Under the pieces are notes generated by a model. That model was not told where the DNA came from, did not search any database, and saw only the letters and a list, made by a program, of their open reading frames with translations. A program made the translations under genes and the position numbers. 64,000 bases of DNA, taken from the NCBI GenBank assembly GCA_002492145.1, contig DKXH01000047.1, positions 19,007 to 83,006 of the forward strand, read 5' to 3'. Origin of the DNA: Sutterellaceae bacterium UBA7131 (lineage in GTDB: Bacteria > Pseudomonadota > Gammaproteobacteria > Burkholderiales > Burkholderiaceae_F). Below are positions 57,145 to 64,000 of the stretch, one piece after another (position 1 is the first letter of the stretch; every line of letters starts with the position of its first letter).

Positions 57145-58041
57145 ATGAGCATTTTGGTAAATAAGAACTCCCGCATCATCACCCAAGGTATGACCGGCAA
57201 AACCGGCCAGTTCCACACTCGTCTCTGCAGAGACTACGGCTTTGGCAAGGAATGCTTTGTCGGCGGCGTGAATCCGAAGAAGGCCGGACAAGTCTGGGAA
57301 GGCTTGCCGATTTTCGGCTCCGTTAAAGAAGCCAAAGAAAAGACCGGCGCAAACGTTTCCGTAATTTATGTCCCGCCTGCCGGTGCGGCAGCCGCTATTC
57401 AGGAAGCAAGTGACGCCGGCATTGACCTCATCGTCTGCATCACAGAAGGCATCCCGGTCATGGATATGGTCAAGGTTCGAGATCATATGAAAAAGACCGG
57501 TTCTAAATCTCTTCTTCTCGGACCGAACTGCCCAGGTATTATGACGCCGGGAGAAGTCAATGTCGGCATCATGCCTGCGCACATTCACCGCAAGGGCAGA
57601 ATCGGTGTCGTTTCCCGCTCCGGTACACTGACCTATGAGGCGGTTGCGCAGATTACGGCTTTGGGTTTAGGGCAATCCACTGCTATCGGTATCGGCGGAG
57701 ATCCGATCAACGGCTTAAAGCATATCGATGTGCTGAAGCTCTTTAATGATGACCCGGAAACCGACGCGGTCGTCATGATCGGAGAAATCGGCGGAAACGA
57801 TGAAGAAACCGCTGCCGAATGGGTAAAAGATCATATGAAGAAACCTGTCGTGGGCTTTATTGCGGGCGTAACGGCACCTGCAGGAAAGAGAATGGGGCAT
57901 GCGGGAGCGATCATTTCCGGCGGTACAGGAACCGCGGAAGGTAAATTGGCCGTGATGGAAGCCTGCGGTATTCGAACGACACGGAATCCGTCCGAAATAG
58001 GCTCGTTGCTACAATCCGTGCTCTCTTCGAAAAAGGAGTAA
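57145..58041 (+). CDS. sucD: Succinyl-CoA synthetase alpha subunit
   Basis: 298 aa with the motifs [10 protein letters not shown] and [10 protein letters not shown]. Confidence 0.96.
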   Translation: MSILVNKNSRIITQGMTGKTGQFHTRLCRDYGFGKECFVGGVNPKKAGQVWEGLPIFGSVKEAKEKTGANVSVIYVPPAGAAAAIQEASDAGIDLIVCITEGIPVMDMVKVRDHMKKTGSKSLLLGPNCPGIMTPGEVNVGIMPAHIHRKGRIGVVSRSGTLTYEAVAQITALGLGQSTAIGIGGDPINGLKHIDVLKLFNDDPETDAVVMIGEIGGNDEETAAEWVKDHMKKPVVGFIAGVTAPAGKRMGHAGAIISGGTGTAEGKLAVMEACGIRTTRNPSEIGSLLQSVLSSKKE

Positions 58042-58047
58042 TTCATT

Positions 58048-58758
58048 TTGGAAGCGCTTATTGCTTGGTTTGGTGAGATTCATTGGGTCGCAGTTCTGCA
58101 GATCATTCTCATCGACATTTTGCTCGGCGGTGATAATGCCGTCGTGATTGCGTTGGCTTGCCGAAGCCTTGATCCGCATCTGCGGACGAAAGGCATTATT
58201 TACGGCGCCGGCGGTGCTATTTTGCTGCGCGTCATTCTGATTGCCTTCGCAGTCTCGGTGATGAACATTCCGTTCCTGAAGTTCTGCGGCGGCATTCTGC
58301 TCTTGTGGATCGGTATTAAACTCATTGCGCCGGCTGACGAAGGAGAGCATGAGATTCATGCGAGCAAGCGGCTTTGGGGAGCGGTTAAGACCATTATCCT
58401 TGCCGACTTGGTCATGAGTATCGACAACGTGATCGCTATTGCCGGCGCGGCCGAACAGGCTCCGGGCCACCATCAAATGGCCTTGGTGATATTCGGTCTG
58501 CTTGTGAGCGTTCCGTTTATTCTCGGCGGCAGTCAGATTATTCTGAAGATCATCGATCGCTTCCCGATCATCGTGTACGCGGGCGGGGCTTTGCTGGGCT
58601 GGATTGCCGGTACGCTGATGGTAGATGACCCAGGCATCTTGGCACACTTGCCGAATCTTCCGGCTCTGCATACGGAAGGCGGTATTGCCGGTGCAGTCTT
58701 TGTGCTGCTTGTTGCCTTTGTGCTTAAGTACGTTAGATCGAAAAAGACAAAGGCTTAA
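58048..58758 (+). CDS. TerC/YjbE-family integral membrane protein, copy 1
   Basis: 236 aa with a TTG start. AGGAG Shine-Dalgarno sequence inside the last sucD codons. Paired DNAVVIA and DNVIAIA motifs. Confidence 0.85.
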   Translation: MEALIAWFGEIHWVAVLQIILIDILLGGDNAVVIALACRSLDPHLRTKGIIYGAGGAILLRVILIAFAVSVMNIPFLKFCGGILLLWIGIKLIAPADEGEHEIHASKRLWGAVKTIILADLVMSIDNVIAIAGAAEQAPGHHQMALVIFGLLVSVPFILGGSQIILKIIDRFPIIVYAGGALLGWIAGTLMVDDPGILAHLPNLPALHTEGGIAGAVFVLLVAFVLKYVRSKKTKA

Positions 58759-58776
58759 TCAAAACGTCAGAACAAC

Positions 58777-58811
58777 AAAAGGCGCTTTCTCATGTGAGGA
58801 GCGCCTTTTTA
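58777..58811. terminator. Bidirectional rho-independent terminator
   Basis: AAAAGGCGCT-N13-AGCGCCTTTTT between the convergent terC copy 1 and the PNPOx-like gene. Confidence 0.65.
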
Positions 58812-58828
58812 AATGGTCGATGGCTGCT

Positions 58829-59290
58829 TTATAGCTTTTCGGCAGCCTCTCTAACTTCTAATGCAGCTTGTTTACCGCTAATCCATTCAGGAACAAGCTT
58901 GATCATGAAGACGTAATTCAAAGAATGTTGGATTTCATCTTCATTGTCAGGAATGCCGGGGCTGTACTTTTCAGCAAGCGCACGAAGGGCGCTGAGTTTC
59001 TCTGCAGTATCGGTGACAGGCTGCAGTCGTCCCCAAATGAGAACGCTTTGGAAATTATTCGCTCGGACACTCGGAACAACCTGGCTCTGTCCGACGATCG
59101 AAAAGCTGGTTTTGTCTGTTCTCTGAAAGCATTCGTACTTGTATCCTCGCGGCGATCCGTGGAAATAGACAACTCCGTCCGTATAAACGTAACTTAGCGG
59201 CACTGTATAGAAGTAGCCTTCCTCTCCGTTTAAAGAAAGCACTCCGTAAGCAGTGGTTTCAATGATCTCCCGGATGGTTTCTTTGTCCAA
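58829..59290 (-). CDS. Pyridoxamine-5'-phosphate-oxidase-like FMN-binding protein
   Basis: 153 aa with a split-barrel family pattern (GVLSLNGEEGYFYTVPLSYVY.DGVVYFHG). Confidence 0.7.
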   Translation of the reverse strand: MDKETIREIIETTAYGVLSLNGEEGYFYTVPLSYVYTDGVVYFHGSPRGYKYECFQRTDKTSFSIVGQSQVVPSVRANNFQSVLIWGRLQPVTDTAEKLSALRALAEKYSPGIPDNEDEIQHSLNYVFMIKLVPEWISGKQAALEVREAAEKL

Positions 59291-59332
59291 AGCCTGTTTT
59301 GTTCGTGTGAGTTCTTTTCTTATAGCAATTTC

Positions 59333-60811
59333 TCAACCTAAAGTTTGTTCTAGAGCTTCGTTGAGTTTTAAAACAGCTTGTTCCAGCTCTTCCTCTGTAA
59401 AGTGAGCGTAACCGAGAATTAAGCCGGTGAGCGGTTTGGCAGAGCGGTAGCAGGCAGAAAGCGGCCTGGTCTCGATCTGGTAGGAACGCTTAAAAATTTC
59501 GGAAAGCCTAACGTCATCCTGTGGATGATTAAAGATGAAGGTCAAATGGGTTCCTTCATTGGCACCTTCAATATGCCCGTAGGCTGAGAGGTATTTTCCG
59601 ATCGCTCTTACTGCAGCCTGTCTGCGTTTCTCGTAGATCTTTTTTAGGCGGCGCACGTGCGAATAGTAGAAACCATTCTGAATGAACTCCGCCAAAATGT
59701 ATTGATGAACTTCACTGCTGTGCCGATCTATTAGCAGTTTGGCGCCTTCAAACACTGTGATGAGATTCTTCGGGACGACCATGTAGGCCATGTTGAAGCC
59801 CGGATAGATCACCTTCGTAAAACTTCCGAGATAAATACACGGTGCACCTTCTTTGTAGGAAGAGAGTGCCGGCAGAGGCTTCTTTCCATATCGGAGTTCA
59901 CTGTCGTAGTCATCTTCGATGATCCAAGCACCTTCAGTCTTTGCCCAAGCTAAAAGCTTCTCGTTGTTTTCAGCGGAAGAGACGTAGCCTAACGGGTACT
60001 GATGACACGGCGTGACTAAAACGCCTTTGATCTTCTTTTGCTTCTTGAGTTTTTCGATATCGATTCCGTTCTGCGTCACAGGAATAGGAATCGGCTTTAA
60101 TCCTCGAAATTCCAGCAAGTTAATGTGGGTTTGAAAGTAAGGATCTTCAACGGCAACCTTGTCACCTTTTTCAAACAGAACGCTCGCACAAAGATCCAAT
60201 GCCTGCTGAGTACCGTCAGTGGTGATCACTTGTTCCGGTTCACATCTCAAGCCTCGATATTGACGGAGGTAGTCACAGACGGCCTTTTTGTAAGGCATAA
60301 AACCGCCCGGCTCGCAATATCCGTTGTGTAGCCAGGGACTCTTAGAAGTTCGAGCAACGACAGTTGTCCAATTTTTACCCGGGAGGCTTTCCTGATCCGG
60401 CGCGATGACGGCGAAAGGCATTGGTTTCTGGACTTTGAATTCAGAAGCGGCTGCCGCAATCTTTGCAGATAAAGGCAGCTCTGACAGGAGAAACTTCTCA
60501 TTGGCCGAACTATTTTCTTTTGGATTTTCGAATACTCCGAGAGAAAGTTCCGAGACAAAAGTTCCGTTGCCGTTCTTCGTTTCAAGAAGCCCTTCTTCCA
60601 ACAGTCGGTTATAGACACTGACGACTGTTGATCGTGAGACACCGATTTCAGAGGCGAGTCTGCGGCTTGAAGGAATCGGGTCTCCGGGGCGCAGACTTTT
60701 AAGCTCGATGAGTTCGAGGATCTTTTGGTAGAGCTGCTCTTGGAGCGACGGCGCTCCGCTTTTCAGATTTAGCGATATGTTTGAGAGGCTCGGCTGAACT
60801 TTGTGTGTCAT
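59333..60811 (-). CDS. MocR/PdxR-type regulator (GntR wHTH fused to a fold-type-I aminotransferase domain)
   Basis: 492 aa. N-terminal wHTH (LPSSRRLASEIGVSRSTV) and a long PLP-aminotransferase-like domain. Confidence 0.85.
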   Translation of the reverse strand: MTHKVQPSLSNISLNLKSGAPSLQEQLYQKILELIELKSLRPGDPIPSSRRLASEIGVSRSTVVSVYNRLLEEGLLETKNGNGTFVSELSLGVFENPKENSSANEKFLLSELPLSAKIAAAASEFKVQKPMPFAVIAPDQESLPGKNWTTVVARTSKSPWLHNGYCEPGGFMPYKKAVCDYLRQYRGLRCEPEQVITTDGTQQALDLCASVLFEKGDKVAVEDPYFQTHINLLEFRGLKPIPIPVTQNGIDIEKLKKQKKIKGVLVTPCHQYPLGYVSSAENNEKLLAWAKTEGAWIIEDDYDSELRYGKKPLPALSSYKEGAPCIYLGSFTKVIYPGFNMAYMVVPKNLITVFEGAKLLIDRHSSEVHQYILAEFIQNGFYYSHVRRLKKIYEKRRQAAVRAIGKYLSAYGHIEGANEGTHLTFIFNHPQDDVRLSEIFKRSYQIETRPLSACYRSAKPLTGLILGYAHFTEEELEQAVLKLNEALEQTLG

Positions 60812-60866
60812 GTCGGCTCCGGCAACTTTAAGGCCGGAGATTGTCTCCGGCCGGTGCTGAGTTATT

Positions 60867-62540
60867 TTACTTTACTGCATTCTGTGCAGCTGCTGTCGCA
60901 GTTCTCAGATTCTTGATAACTTGAGAAGAAGTGTCTTCAAATCCGGATGGATCGTGAACGCCCTTCGAATAGTCTGAGAAGTACCAGCCGACAGTGTGAA
61001 GGTAGAGGCTGTAAGCGTCCTGTAGTTTTTGGTATTCAGGCTGATTGATCTTAACCTCGCCGTTCTTGGCTTTGATCAGGAGATTGCGAGCGGCGCTTCC
61101 GTAACGTTCAAGTCTTTCTTTGTGGATGCGGTAACGCTGCTGGATTGTTGCGACCATGTAGGCGGCTTGTCCTTCGGACCAGTTGTCACCGTTCGGGTTG
61201 CCGTGGCAGTCGGATCTTGCGCAGGTGTTCTTGTACTTCAGAGAAGGCAGACTCGGCTGGTGCTCCAATGTGCCGTTTGCTTTCTTGGCAAAGTGGCAGT
61301 CTGTGCAGCCGACGCCGGCTTGGCCGTGCTTAGAAGCAACGACGGTTTCCATGTGATAGTGGTCAGTCGAGACAGTCTTAACGCCGGTAGCCTTATCCGT
61401 TCCGTTATTCAGACCTAAACCTCTGACGAGATTCCAGCGTTCGATCGGGTTCGCTGCAAAGAATGTGCCGACGGACCAGCCGGTCCTATCGATTGCGTCC
61501 TTCGGATGAGCGAGCTGACCGTCGCTGTCTCTGTAGAAAGTCTCGGAGCGGTTATGACCTTCATGGCATTGACCGCACATATAGTTCGAGTTAGCTTTTT
61601 CAAGAATGGCGATCTTTCTCGGATAGCCGCGGACACCCATATTGATGACTTCAATCTTCGGATAACCGGTCTTTCCGGCGTTCTTCTGATAGTTGTAGTC
61701 CTTGTAATCGGGATGAGTCATGGCTTCAATCAGATGATCGAAGACGATGCGAGGTTCCGCTGAATGCGGGTCATGGCAGGTAATGCAGTTGAAGCTGTTG
61801 TTGACGGTCTTCAGAACTTTGTGGTCCGGATCATTAAAAGCGAGCGGAGCTTTCGGGTTTCTGGCGCCTAAGTATGCGTAGTCCATGATGCTGTCGGAGG
61901 TTTTGCACTTCAAGCAGTCAGAGCGGCCCATAATTTCACGGCCTTTTTGCGGACGCCAAGTTAAAGACAAGGTCTTAGACGGCAGAATCTTGTCGCCTTC
62001 GTTCGGACGTGTGTCGGTAAGCGCCTCCCACATCGGAGCGCCCGGTTTAGAGAGGTCCGTGTATTTCTTGTATTGATAACGACCGTCAGAGCGGACGTTT
62101 GCGAGGTCGGTCACGATGCTCGAATGGAAGCGCGGCAGACGGAACTGGATGTCGCGGAAAGAGTTGTCGCCGGCGATATCGCGGATCTGAGCATAAGCGG
62201 GCGGTGTATTTTTAAGTGCCCACTCATAGTGGTACTTCGGATCCATGATGTCTTTGTGCTGCTCGGTATGGCACTGACCGCAAGCGGCATATTCGAAATG
62301 CGTAGTCGGGCGGTTGTCGCGGCTCGGGGCTTTGACGTGGTCCGGACTGATGTCGTGGCATGCCACACAATTCACGTTTTTATGCGCACCGCGTGTAGAC
62401 AGAGTCTTGATGGCGGTCGCGTGACAGCCGAAGCACTGGTTTTTGTCTACAGGCTGCTGAGGAGCCGCGGCTGCCAATACTGACAGCGAAAGACAAGACA
62501 GACCTAACGAAACTATGGATTTGATTATTGTGTTTTGCAT
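60867..62540 (-). CDS. Periplasmic octaheme c-type cytochrome, NrfA/ONR-like (CXXCK active-site heme motif)
   Basis: 557 aa with a signal peptide. Six CXXCH motifs, one CLKCK (61902-61916) as the fourth motif, and one CX4CH (CARSDCH, 61203-61223). Confidence 0.75.
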   Translation of the reverse strand: MQNTIIKSIVSLGLSCLSLSVLAAAAPQQPVDKNQCFGCHATAIKTLSTRGAHKNVNCVACHDISPDHVKAPSRDNRPTTHFEYAACGQCHTEQHKDIMDPKYHYEWALKNTPPAYAQIRDIAGDNSFRDIQFRLPRFHSSIVTDLANVRSDGRYQYKKYTDLSKPGAPMWEALTDTRPNEGDKILPSKTLSLTWRPQKGREIMGRSDCLKCKTSDSIMDYAYLGARNPKAPLAFNDPDHKVLKTVNNSFNCITCHDPHSAEPRIVFDHLIEAMTHPDYKDYNYQKNAGKTGYPKIEVINMGVRGYPRKIAILEKANSNYMCGQCHEGHNRSETFYRDSDGQLAHPKDAIDRTGWSVGTFFAANPIERWNLVRGLGLNNGTDKATGVKTVSTDHYHMETVVASKHGQAGVGCTDCHFAKKANGTLEHQPSLPSLKYKNTCARSDCHGNPNGDNWSEGQAAYMVATIQQRYRIHKERLERYGSAARNLLIKAKNGEVKINQPEYQKLQDAYSLYLHTVGWYFSDYSKGVHDPSGFEDTSSQVIKNLRTATAAAQNAVK

Positions 62541-62573
62541 AAGGTTCTCCTTAAGACTGACTTCATTTTCTCC

Positions 62574-62626
62574 AATCCACTTTGAGAAAAAGAGTCCACT
62601 TTCGGACTATGTGTTCAATCCACTTT
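62574..62626 (-). repeat. Three direct repeats AAAGTGGA(T/C)T upstream of the octaheme cytochrome gene
   Basis: Copies at 62617-62626, 62593-62602 and 62574-62583 (minus-strand sense), spaced 24 and 19 nt start to start. Confidence 0.5.
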
Positions 62627-62683
62627 TAAGGAGAAAGCCCTTATACAATTCAAAAAGCCTTTTGCTGTTGTGGAGTTCTTGAA

Positions 62684-63001
62684 TTAAGAAGCTGAGAATT
62701 TCAAACCGATGATTCCGATGGCGATCAGCGAGGCAAAAACGGTTCTGGAGACTGTGAAGGCTTCTCCGAACAAGAGGATGCCGGCGATAAAGGCTCCGAT
62801 ACAACCGATACCGGTCCAAATGGCGTAGGCAGTTCCTAAGGGAATTGTTCTCATCGCTACAGCCAAGAAGTAGACACTCGCGACCATACCGATAATGGTG
62901 ACCGCGCTATAGAACCAATTGCTGAAGCCGTCAGCATATTTCAAAGCGACAGCCCAAACGATTTCAAAAATTCCTGCAATGAAAAGGTAAATCCAAGACA
63001 T
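62684..63001 (-). CDS. sugE: SMR-family exporter Gdx/SugE (guanidinium/QAC efflux)
   Basis: 105 aa, 4 TM, with the motifs IAGIFEIVWAVALK and TAYAIWTGIG. Confidence 0.88.
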   Translation of the reverse strand: MSWIYLFIAGIFEIVWAVALKYADGFSNWFYSAVTIIGMVASVYFLAVAMRTIPLGTAYAIWTGIGCIGAFIAGILLFGEAFTVSRTVFASLIAIGIIGLKFSAS

Positions 63002-63010
63002 TTAAATCCT

Positions 63011-63078
63011 CCAAAAACGAAAAAGGCACCTTTGTAAGTAATCCTTCAATGGCCTACGGAGTACTGAAAAAGGTGCCT
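63011..63078 (-). promoter_or_regulatory. Leader hairpin plus U tract (attenuator or riboswitch expression platform candidate) upstream of sugE
   Basis: On the minus strand: AGGCACCTTT-N35-AAAGGTGCCT, a perfect 10-bp closing stem, followed by TTTTTCGTTTTT, then the GGAGGA Shine-Dalgarno sequence and ATG. Confidence 0.5.
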
Positions 63079-63278
63079 ATCCGGCGATAGATTGCACAAC
63101 GGAAGTATACCGACGTACTAAAGATGTGTTTCATCATCGCAAAGAGGTTTTGTCAGAAATTTTGACCGTCAAAGTTTTCACGCTTCTTTCACAAGAACGG
63201 GCACGCTAAAACTACGAAAAATCAACGCATTGCTACAATCAGCTGTCAATTTGATTTCAACGCTTAGGAGATATTTCA

Positions 63279-63983
63279 TTGGAAGCGCTTATCGCTTGGT
63301 TTGCCGAAATTCATTGGGTGGCCGTTCTTCAAATTATTTTGATAGACATCTTGCTCGGCGGTGACAACGCAGTTGTGATCGCTCTTGCCTGCCGAAACCT
63401 TGATCCGAGCCTCCGTTTTAAAGGAGTGCTTTACGGAGCGGGCGGTGCCATCCTCTTGCGTGTGATCCTGATTGCTTTTGCCGTCACGATCATGAGCATT
63501 CCTTTCCTCAAACTCGTCGGAGCGCTTCTGCTTCTGTGGATCGGTATCAAACTCATTGTTCCTCAGGATGAAGGGGAGCATGAAATTCATGCCAGTAAGC
63601 GTCTTTGGGGCGCGATTAAAACCATTATCGTTGCCGACTTAGTGATGAGCTTGGACAACGTTATTGCGATTGCCGGTGCGGCAGAACAGGCACCTGCCGG
63701 TCATCAGATGGCGCTTGTAATCTTCGGTCTCTTAGTGAGTGTCCCGTTCATTCTCGGCGGCAGCCAGTTGTTCCTGAAGGTTATTGATCGTTATCCGATC
63801 ATTGTTTACGCCGGCGGCGCTTTGTTGGGCTGGATCGCAGGCACATTGATTGTAGGCGACCCCGGACTGACTCCGCATATTCCGAACTTGGCGGAAATGC
63901 ATACGCCTGCCGGAATTGCCGGTGCCGTCTTCGTGCTGATTGTGGCCTTTGCGATTAAAGGGCTGCGGAAGAAGGCAAACTAA
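63279..63983 (+). CDS. TerC/YjbE-family integral membrane protein, copy 2
   Basis: 234 aa with a TTG start and AGGAG Shine-Dalgarno sequence at the same spacing as copy 1. About four-fifths of residues are identical to copy 1 by hand alignment. Confidence 0.85.
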   Translation: MEALIAWFAEIHWVAVLQIILIDILLGGDNAVVIALACRNLDPSLRFKGVLYGAGGAILLRVILIAFAVTIMSIPFLKLVGALLLLWIGIKLIVPQDEGEHEIHASKRLWGAIKTIIVADLVMSLDNVIAIAGAAEQAPAGHQMALVIFGLLVSVPFILGGSQLFLKVIDRYPIIVYAGGALLGWIAGTLIVGDPGLTPHIPNLAEMHTPAGIAGAVFVLIVAFAIKGLRKKAN

Positions 63984-64000
63984 CTTGTCAGCTTAACTAT

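Noticed and set aside
63130-63278. yybP-ykoY (Mn2+) riboswitch upstream of the second TerC-family gene.
   Set aside because: TerC-family genes are often Mn-riboswitch controlled, but I could not find the conserved GGAGAGUAG or UUGACAUA-type elements. Copy 1 has no leader at all.
58048-63983. The TerC pair as a recent tandem duplication or a composite-transposon-like unit.
   Set aside because: By eye, nucleotide identity is only about three-quarters and synonymous changes are abundant. There are no transposase or integrase genes, so any duplication is old.
1-64000. CRISPR arrays, toxin-antitoxin pairs, restriction-modification or other defence systems, prophage or conjugative genes.
   Set aside because: None was found. 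Every ORF over 100 aa that is not a shadow frame could be assigned to housekeeping, envelope, respiratory or regulatory families, apart from a few small hypotheticals.

Overview
This is a 64-kb chromosomal segment with no rRNA, CRISPR, prophage, IS element or recognisable defence locus. The backbone is housekeeping. Its gene order is RAYT-like gene, gltBD, mlaFEDACB, then murA-hisGDBHAFIE-hit-tatABC, and later recA-recX-sucCD-terC. From memory this order is typical of Betaproteobacteria/Burkholderiales. The many periplasmic anaerobic-respiration genes suggest a gut Sutterellaceae-like organism, but that is inference only. Several accessory modules interrupt the backbone. (1) A YdhV/W/X-type aldehyde:ferredoxin-oxidoreductase module with its own MoeA paralogue (53-5332). 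(2) A roughly 9-kb envelope/cellulose block, bcsA-B-Z-G plus two envelope proteins, between mlaB and murA (16.8-26.2 kb). (3) A TtrS/TtrR-like two-component pair next to a split flavocytochrome c, with one 12-bp palindrome present in both promoter regions (42.9-47.6 kb). (4) A second periplasmic flavin reductase beside a LysR gene frameshifted in an A6 tract (51.5-53.9 kb). (5) Four minus-strand genes between two diverged TerC/YjbE paralogues: gdx/sugE with an attenuator-like leader, an octaheme CXXCK cytochrome, a MocR regulator and a PNPOx-like protein (58.0-64.0 kb). Three tRNAs were read directly from the sequence: Gly-CCC, Lys-CUU and Lys-UUU. I see no clear wholly new system. The best second-look candidates are the palindrome-linked TtrSR-like/flavocytochrome regulon, the octaheme cytochrome island and the minimal bcsABZG cluster. 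All homology calls rest on motif recognition and remembered reference sequences, because no searches were run. Gene coordinates follow the supplied ORF track, with start codons adjusted where stated.
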